Sequence record: SRR20825006_1521
Strand: one strand, 5' to 3'
DNA: 32,297 nt
Made by a program: the position numbers and the translations under genes. The notes below the pieces were generated by a model. That model ran no database searches and was not told the origin of the DNA. It saw only the letters and a list, made by a program, of their open reading frames with translations. This document shows, piece after piece, positions 27,357-32,297 of this stretch; the first letter of the stretch is position 1, and each line of letters opens with the position of its first letter.

Positions 27357-28172
27357 TCAAACCTCCGGCATGTGTTCCATCAGCCGTGGGCCTATGCGCA
27401 CTGGTTCAATGCGTTTCGAGAGGCCGGTACGGTCGTCGGTTTCCACAAAGGTGCCGCATACGGTGGCTTCACCCGTGGCGGGTGAATAGCGTTCCTTGTT
27501 CATTTTGGTCAGGAAACGGCTGATGGGCTCCTCTTTTTCCATGCCGATGACGCTGTTGTAATCGCCGCACATGCCAGCGTCGGTCTGGTAGGCGGTGCCG
27601 CCGTCCAGTATCTGGCAATCTGCTGTGGGTACATGGCTGTGGGTACCAACAACCAGGCTCACGCGACCGTCCAGATAATGACCCATGGCCATTTTTTCTG
27701 ATGTCGCCTCGCCGTGGAAATCGACAATAATGGCGTTGACCGTGGCACCAAGCCGATATTTTTTGAGGACCGCATCAACAGCGCGGAAGGGACATTCCAT
27801 CGCGTTCATAAACACGCGGCCCATAGCGTTGATGACCATCACCTTTTTACCGCGCGGCGCGTTATAGATGCCGAAGCCACGGCCAGGCGTGCCCTCCGGG
27901 TAATTGATGGGGCGCAAGATGCGGTCATCTTGTCCAATGGCAGTTAAAATTTCTTTCTGATCAAAAGTATGGTTGCCACCGGAGATGACATCGGCGCCTG
28001 CCTGAATGGTGCTGCTTGCGATTTTGCTGGTGATCCCGAATCCTGATGCTGCGTTCTCGCCGTTCACAACAACGAAATCCAGCTTCAGTTTTTCGCGCAA
28101 CGTCGGCAAAGCGTCTGCGGCTGCACTGCGGCCGGACCTGCCCATCAAATCACCTAAAAACAACAGTCGCAT
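27357..28172 (-). CDS. ymdB: TIGR00282 metallophosphoesterase (YmdB-like)
   Basis: LFLGDLMG, VNGENAASGFGI, GNHTFD, VDFHGEATSEK, GTHSHVPTAD. Confidence 0.93.
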   Translation of the reverse strand: MRLLFLGDLMGRSGRSAAADALPTLREKLKLDFVVVNGENAASGFGITSKIASSTIQAGADVISGGNHTFDQKEILTAIGQDDRILRPINYPEGTPGRGFGIYNAPRGKKVMVINAMGRVFMNAMECPFRAVDAVLKKYRLGATVNAIIVDFHGEATSEKMAMGHYLDGRVSLVVGTHSHVPTADCQILDGGTAYQTDAGMCGDYNSVIGMEKEEPISRFLTKMNKERYSPATGEATVCGTFVETDDRTGLSKRIEPVRIGPRLMEHMPEV

Positions 28173-28208
28173 AAATTAATGTGTCTTCTTTCAAATCGAG
28201 ACAGGGGC

Positions 28209-28802
28209 TTAGAGTGAACCTAACGCATTCTGCTTGCGGGGCAAGATTACACCTTCTTCGGTAATGACACCCTGAAGGGGCCAATCGTGGGCTTCACGTG
28301 GCACATGATCAACGATTTGAGCGCCAAAGGCAAAGCCAAATGCTTTTATCTCACTATGGGCTGCCAGCGTACGGTCATAAAAACCACCCCCCCATCCAAG
28401 CCGATAACAGTCAGCATCATAGGAAAGTAGGGGAACAACGAGGGCATCGGGCACGACCTCTGGGGCATCCAAAGGGGGATGCTGTGTACCAAACGTGCCC
28501 GCCTCCAGCGGGTCGCCAACTTGCCATAGCCTGAAGGTCAGAGGTGTGTTTTTGTTCGCGACAACCGGCAGACAGGTACGGTACCCGTGCCTGACTAGTG
28601 CGTGCATCAACAGCCTGGGATCAAGCTCACTTTCCATAGGCCAGTAAGCCCCAATGATGGCACCCTTTTCAAAGCTGCTGAACAGGTTAAGCCCGTGGGT
28701 GGTTGCTTTCTCGGCGGCATCAAGGGCGTACATCTCATGTGCGCCAGCCCGAATTCGCTGGGCTTCAAAGCGCATTTTCCTTTTCTGCTCAGTGATAGTC
28801 AT
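28209..28802 (-). CDS. ygfA: 5-formyltetrahydrofolate cyclo-ligase
   Basis: YWPMESELD, LPVV, VVPLL..D...RLGWGGGFYDRTL, EAHDWPL; directly downstream of 6S RNA. Confidence 0.93.
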   Translation of the reverse strand: MTITEQKRKMRFEAQRIRAGAHEMYALDAAEKATTHGLNLFSSFEKGAIIGAYWPMESELDPRLLMHALVRHGYRTCLPVVANKNTPLTFRLWQVGDPLEAGTFGTQHPPLDAPEVVPDALVVPLLSYDADCYRLGWGGGFYDRTLAAHSEIKAFGFAFGAQIVDHVPREAHDWPLQGVITEEGVILPRKQNALGSL

Positions 28803-28827
28803 GAATGGCCTAACGGGTTGGAAATGG

Positions 28828-28992
28828 GTGCGGGACCACATCTGCCGCGTTGACGTCTGTATCCTCCGTAGCCTGATAAATCAGGTGGGCGCCGTATGGT
28901 AAGGACCACGGTCCAAACCAGGGACAGCTCCCTAGGAGTGTTTATAGCCCCGGGGATTACTGCATATCTTGCGCACAGCGCAGAACCCGCGC
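28828..28992 (-). ncRNA. ssrS: 6S RNA
   Basis: Minus strand contains alphaproteobacterial 6S segments CCCCGGGGC, CTAGGGAGCTGTCCCTG, GGCGCCCACCTG; ends pair (GCGGG/CCCGC); canonical position upstream of ygfA; ends approximate. Confidence 0.9.
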
Positions 28993-28996
28993 CGCT

Positions 28997-29025
28997 TATG
29001 TAAGCCTTCTAAGGCTTTTGTGCAA
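28997..29025 (-). promoter_or_regulatory. Putative ssrS promoter
   Basis: TTGCAC, 16-17 bp spacer, TTACAT/TACATA just upstream of the 6S 5' end. Confidence 0.5.
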
Positions 29026-29127
29026 TAGCAGTCGCTTTTGTCCAGTAGAGAGCATAAGGCCGGGCGTGACGGTCAACGCCTCTTGTGTTAACCAGTCTTG
29101 CTATGGAAAATCTTGTTGGAAACATAG

Positions 29128-30012
29128 ATGGCTAACAAACGATTGGCAGTATTTGGGCATAGCCATACGATTTGCTTGATTGATGCCCTAGCGCATTGGC
29201 GGTTTGATGAGGGCCATCCAGAATTTGATGCGCAAAAATCTCAATCCTTGCCTCGATGGCCGGACGAAGGCACTGCCAGTTTAGACGTGCATTTGGATGT
29301 CACAATCCCAGGCTCTGATAGACGCTGTTTTGTTGATGCATACCCAATATACGGACGCGCTGAAGGTGCAGATATTCTCGACATTGTTCAACACGATCGC
29401 GAGAAAATGCGGGCTCAGCCTTCTGCACTATATAGGAGGTTTCTAGATGAAATTGAAGGTGCAGATGTCCTTGTTTCTTGCCTGTTCGGCAATGAATTTG
29501 CACTTTGGCAATATGTCGCAAACTTACCGCCATACGATTTTATTCCGGTTGGAGCCCCTACAGAACAAGTGACCGTAAAGCGTGGTGTGCCGCTATTAGA
29601 CCGTCAATATATCATCGATAGAATTAGCCCATCTGTTAGGCGACTGAAGGCTTGTCTGTTGCTGGCTAAGAGAGAATACTCGGCAATGCCGATCGTCCAC
29701 GTTATGCCATCGCCGCCAATCGCGGATGTAGCCGATGCAAGCTCGCTCGAGAGATTTGAGGAATTGTTCGATATACATGGAGTTGTTAGTAAGGAGCTGA
29801 GGCTAAAATGGTACCAATCCTATGTCTTTCTCCTCGAGCAAGAGCTCTTGAGTGCAGGCCTGATGACCATGAGGGCACCGGCTAACGCACAAGACGAAAA
29901 GGGTTTTCTTAAACCCGAATATTTGCGCGGGCTAACACACGGAAATGGAGCCTATGGGAAACTCGTATGGGCTCAGCTTGCGGAGGTCTTTGATCGTGAA
30001 TCCTTATGGTGA
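29128..30012 (+). CDS. Hypothetical protein, SGNH-hydrolase-like
   Basis: N-terminal AVFGHSH, central GNE, C-terminal THGN resemble SGNH blocks I, III and V. Confidence 0.6.
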   Translation: MANKRLAVFGHSHTICLIDALAHWRFDEGHPEFDAQKSQSLPRWPDEGTASLDVHLDVTIPGSDRRCFVDAYPIYGRAEGADILDIVQHDREKMRAQPSALYRRFLDEIEGADVLVSCLFGNEFALWQYVANLPPYDFIPVGAPTEQVTVKRGVPLLDRQYIIDRISPSVRRLKACLLLAKREYSAMPIVHVMPSPPIADVADASSLERFEELFDIHGVVSKELRLKWYQSYVFLLEQELLSAGLMTMRAPANAQDEKGFLKPEYLRGLTHGNGAYGKLVWAQLAEVFDRESLW

Positions 30013-31075
30013 CTTAGATGACAATCACTTTTGGAATCGTCAAGTTGGTGGAAAACAGCCCGAAGCGATAGAGTATGACCCTGCGCCGAAGTTTCGGTTC
30101 GATATTGAAAAGGATATCTTTGCAACGGCAGGGTCCTGTTTTGCTCAGCATTTTGCTCGAGAACTTGTTCGGCGAGGTGGACAGTATTTGGTTGCCGAAC
30201 GCGCCCATCCTTTGGTTGCCAGATTCGACCACGGCTATGGTGTGTTTTCTGCTCGGTATGGCAACATCTATACAACCCGGCAGCTATACGATTTATTGAG
30301 TCAAGCGACCGAGCAGCGTGAGACTATTTATGATATTGGCCGACGAAAAGATGGAAAGTTTGTGGATCTGTTAAGGCCTGGTGCTGTGCCACGAGGCTTT
30401 TGTTCCGTTGTGGAAGCGAAAGCAGACCGAATATACCACCTTTCAAAAGTGATATCCGCAATACAGACTGCATCCGTCTTTGTATTCACCCTTGGTCTTA
30501 CCGAGGTTTGGGAGAATACAGTACGGGATTATGTCTATCCACTGTGTCCTGGAACATTGGCCGGTAATTTTGACTCTCAGAAACATCAGTTTGCAAACCA
30601 TAGCTTTCAGCAAGTTGAGACCTACTTGCAAAAATCACTGGAGATTCTTTGGAGTATTAACCCTCGTTTGAAAGTGCTGTTAACGGTTTCTCCGGTTATG
30701 CTGGTAGCTACATATGAAGCGCGTGGGGCGGTTCAATCTTCGATCGCGTCCAAAAGCATCTTGCGTGCTGTGGCTGACGCCAGTGTTCGCGCCAACCAGT
30801 CGGTAGACTATTTTCCGTCTTATGAAATTATTGTGGGCTCACAGGCGAGCGGAAAGTTCTTTCGTGACGGAGCGAGGGATGTTGCTGATGCGGGTGTGAA
30901 CTGCGTCATGGATTATTTTTTTCGTTCAAGAATGGCTGTCGAAGGCACAACAAAGAGTCAGGCTTCGACGGAAGAGGAGGCAAAAGCCGACCTCGTGCAG
31001 CAAAACACTGACCAAGAGATCAAGGAATTGTTTCAGGTTGAATGCGATGAACTGATTTTAGACCGAAAATTATGA
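29996..31075 (+). CDS. GSCFA-family protein
   Basis: ATAGSCFAQH, FSARYGNIYT, FVFTLGLTEVW, LTVSPV, SKSILRA, YFPSYEI; GTG start 29996 overlaps the upstream gene. Confidence 0.92.
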   Translation: MNPYGDLDDNHFWNRQVGGKQPEAIEYDPAPKFRFDIEKDIFATAGSCFAQHFARELVRRGGQYLVAERAHPLVARFDHGYGVFSARYGNIYTTRQLYDLLSQATEQRETIYDIGRRKDGKFVDLLRPGAVPRGFCSVVEAKADRIYHLSKVISAIQTASVFVFTLGLTEVWENTVRDYVYPLCPGTLAGNFDSQKHQFANHSFQQVETYLQKSLEILWSINPRLKVLLTVSPVMLVATYEARGAVQSSIASKSILRAVADASVRANQSVDYFPSYEIIVGSQASGKFFRDGARDVADAGVNCVMDYFFRSRMAVEGTTKSQASTEEEAKADLVQQNTDQEIKELFQVECDELILDRKL

Positions 31076-31387
31076 TGCTGCCAGCCGGTCGGTGATGCCC
31101 TCAACTTCAGAGGCAACTTCATTGAGAACGGAGGCCATGTCTTCCTCGCTCAGTGCGCCCATCAGCGCCGGACCGCCTTTGCCGTCAAGCGCGTCATGCA
31201 ACTCGTCGGCAATAAGAACGGCCGCCATCAGAAGGATACGGTTTTCATTGATGTGGCCGAGCTTGGAGGTCAGGTCCCTGCACTTTGCATCGACGTATGC
31301 TGCGAGTTTGTGCAGTTGTTCCTGTTCACCGTCCGCGCAGGCCAGCGGGTAACTTTTCCCATTCACTGAAACTGAAATCTGGGCCAT
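31070..31387 (-). CDS. zapA: Cell division protein ZapA
   Basis: VSVNGKSYPLACADGEQEQL, RILLMAAVLIADEL; conserved position divergent from tkt. Confidence 0.93.
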   Translation of the reverse strand: MAQISVSVNGKSYPLACADGEQEQLHKLAAYVDAKCRDLTSKLGHINENRILLMAAVLIADELHDALDGKGGPALMGALSEEDMASVLNEVASEVEGITDRLAAS

Positions 31388-31388
31388 C

Positions 31389-31892
31389 TCAGGCACTCCC
31401 TACCATTGTCTCAAGGCGTCCGATAGCACCGTCCAGGTCGTTGCGTACGCTGTTTTTCTCATCTTCAAGATGCCGAATTCTGGCTTTCAGTTGCGCATTC
31501 TCTGCCGCGAGTGCGGCATCAGCTGGGGCACCGTCCGATTTCGTGTCTTCCAGCGCTTCCATCTCGTCCTGAAGGCCAGCGTATTGCCGCTTGAGTAATT
31601 GGTAATTCTGCTCGAGTGCGGTTTTCTCCGCGCGCAACGCTTCAAGCTCGTCTGCTGTACCGCTGTCATGCTCTGGCGCCAGCGCGTGTGTGGCGACCTG
31701 CTCGTGGAGTTTCAGGTTTTCTTTCTCAAGGGCCGTTACCCGTGCGTTCAGAGCCACTTTTTCTTCCGCAATTTCCTGAGCGGCAGAAATTGTTTCTCGC
31801 GTGCTGGCAACACCCTGCGCCAGACGGGAGAGTGCACTCTCGAGTCGCGTCCTCGCACTTTCAAGCGCAGTGTGATTCTTGTTGTCGGCCAT
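31389..31892 (-). CDS. Coiled-coil protein upstream of zapA (DUF4164/ZauP-like)
   Basis: Heptad-rich; RLESALSRL at the start, LDGAIGRLETMV at the end; abuts zapA. Confidence 0.7.
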   Translation of the reverse strand: MADNKNHTALESARTRLESALSRLAQGVASTRETISAAQEIAEEKVALNARVTALEKENLKLHEQVATHALAPEHDSGTADELEALRAEKTALEQNYQLLKRQYAGLQDEMEALEDTKSDGAPADAALAAENAQLKARIRHLEDEKNSVRNDLDGAIGRLETMVGSA

Positions 31893-32171
31893 GGCGATTG
31901 TCCCCCATTTGCCAGTCAGTTGCGCTTTCGCGCGTGAGAAAGGCGGTATTTGTCTTGTTTGTATTGAAGATAGGAGCTTCCCTATGGTGCCGTCAATTGC
32001 CCTCGCGTAGAAGAGGGAGAATAAATACCGGATTTAAAGCCTAAAAGGCGCTTCGCGGTTGACTAGTTCGGTCTTCCCCGCCATTTTGGCCAAAATTTTT
32101 TGGCAATCGCAGTGACCGGGTTTCCACCTGCCTGAAACTGTCCGCCCAGCCCCAGAGACAAGTAGATCAAG

Positions 32172-32297
32172 ATGCACGATACAGAATTCAGTCAAGACGA
32201 TATTCTCAACAGCCGCATGGCGAACGCGATCCGCGCTCTTTCAATGGATGCCGTCCAGAAGGCGAACTCAGGCCATCCCGGCATGCCCATGGGCATG
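32172..32297 (+). CDS. tkt: Transketolase (5' end, truncated by window; absent from ORF track)
   Basis: Translates [42 protein letters not shown]. Confidence 0.96.
   Translation, partial: MHDTEFSQDDILNSRMANAIRALSMDAVQKANSGHPGMPMGM

Overview
Chromosomal window from an alphaproteobacterium (inferred from the pntB ... ymdB-ygfA-ssrS-zapA-tkt genes and the alpha-type 6S RNA), running from the 3' end of pntB to the 5' end of tkt. Main blocks: (i) an iron-uptake locus (TonB-dependent siderophore receptor; membrane protein plus PepSY-TM reductase) whose two halves carry near-identical sigma70 promoters with Fur-like operators and are separated by an MDR oxidoreductase and a stand-alone MmeI-like Type IIL/IIG restriction-modification gene with a low-GC, apparently swapped target-recognition segment; (ii) a DUF6491-like protein, RND permease, membrane fusion protein, LytS-type kinase and LytTR regulator, with a LytTR-like direct repeat upstream of the permease; (iii) a lower-GC surface-glycan tailoring island (glycosyltransferases, UDP-glucuronate decarboxylase, three methyltransferases, and a sulfotransferase interrupted by a single in-frame TAG); (iv) two SGNH-like genes (one GSCFA-family) inserted between zapA and 6S RNA. 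Several intergenic hairpins are followed by tandem copies of their own 3' arm, one forming a G-quadruplex-type motif. No CRISPR, IS, integrase, tRNA or rRNA was seen. All family calls come from motif recognition by eye, not database searches. No clearly new system is proven; the candidates are listed as findings.
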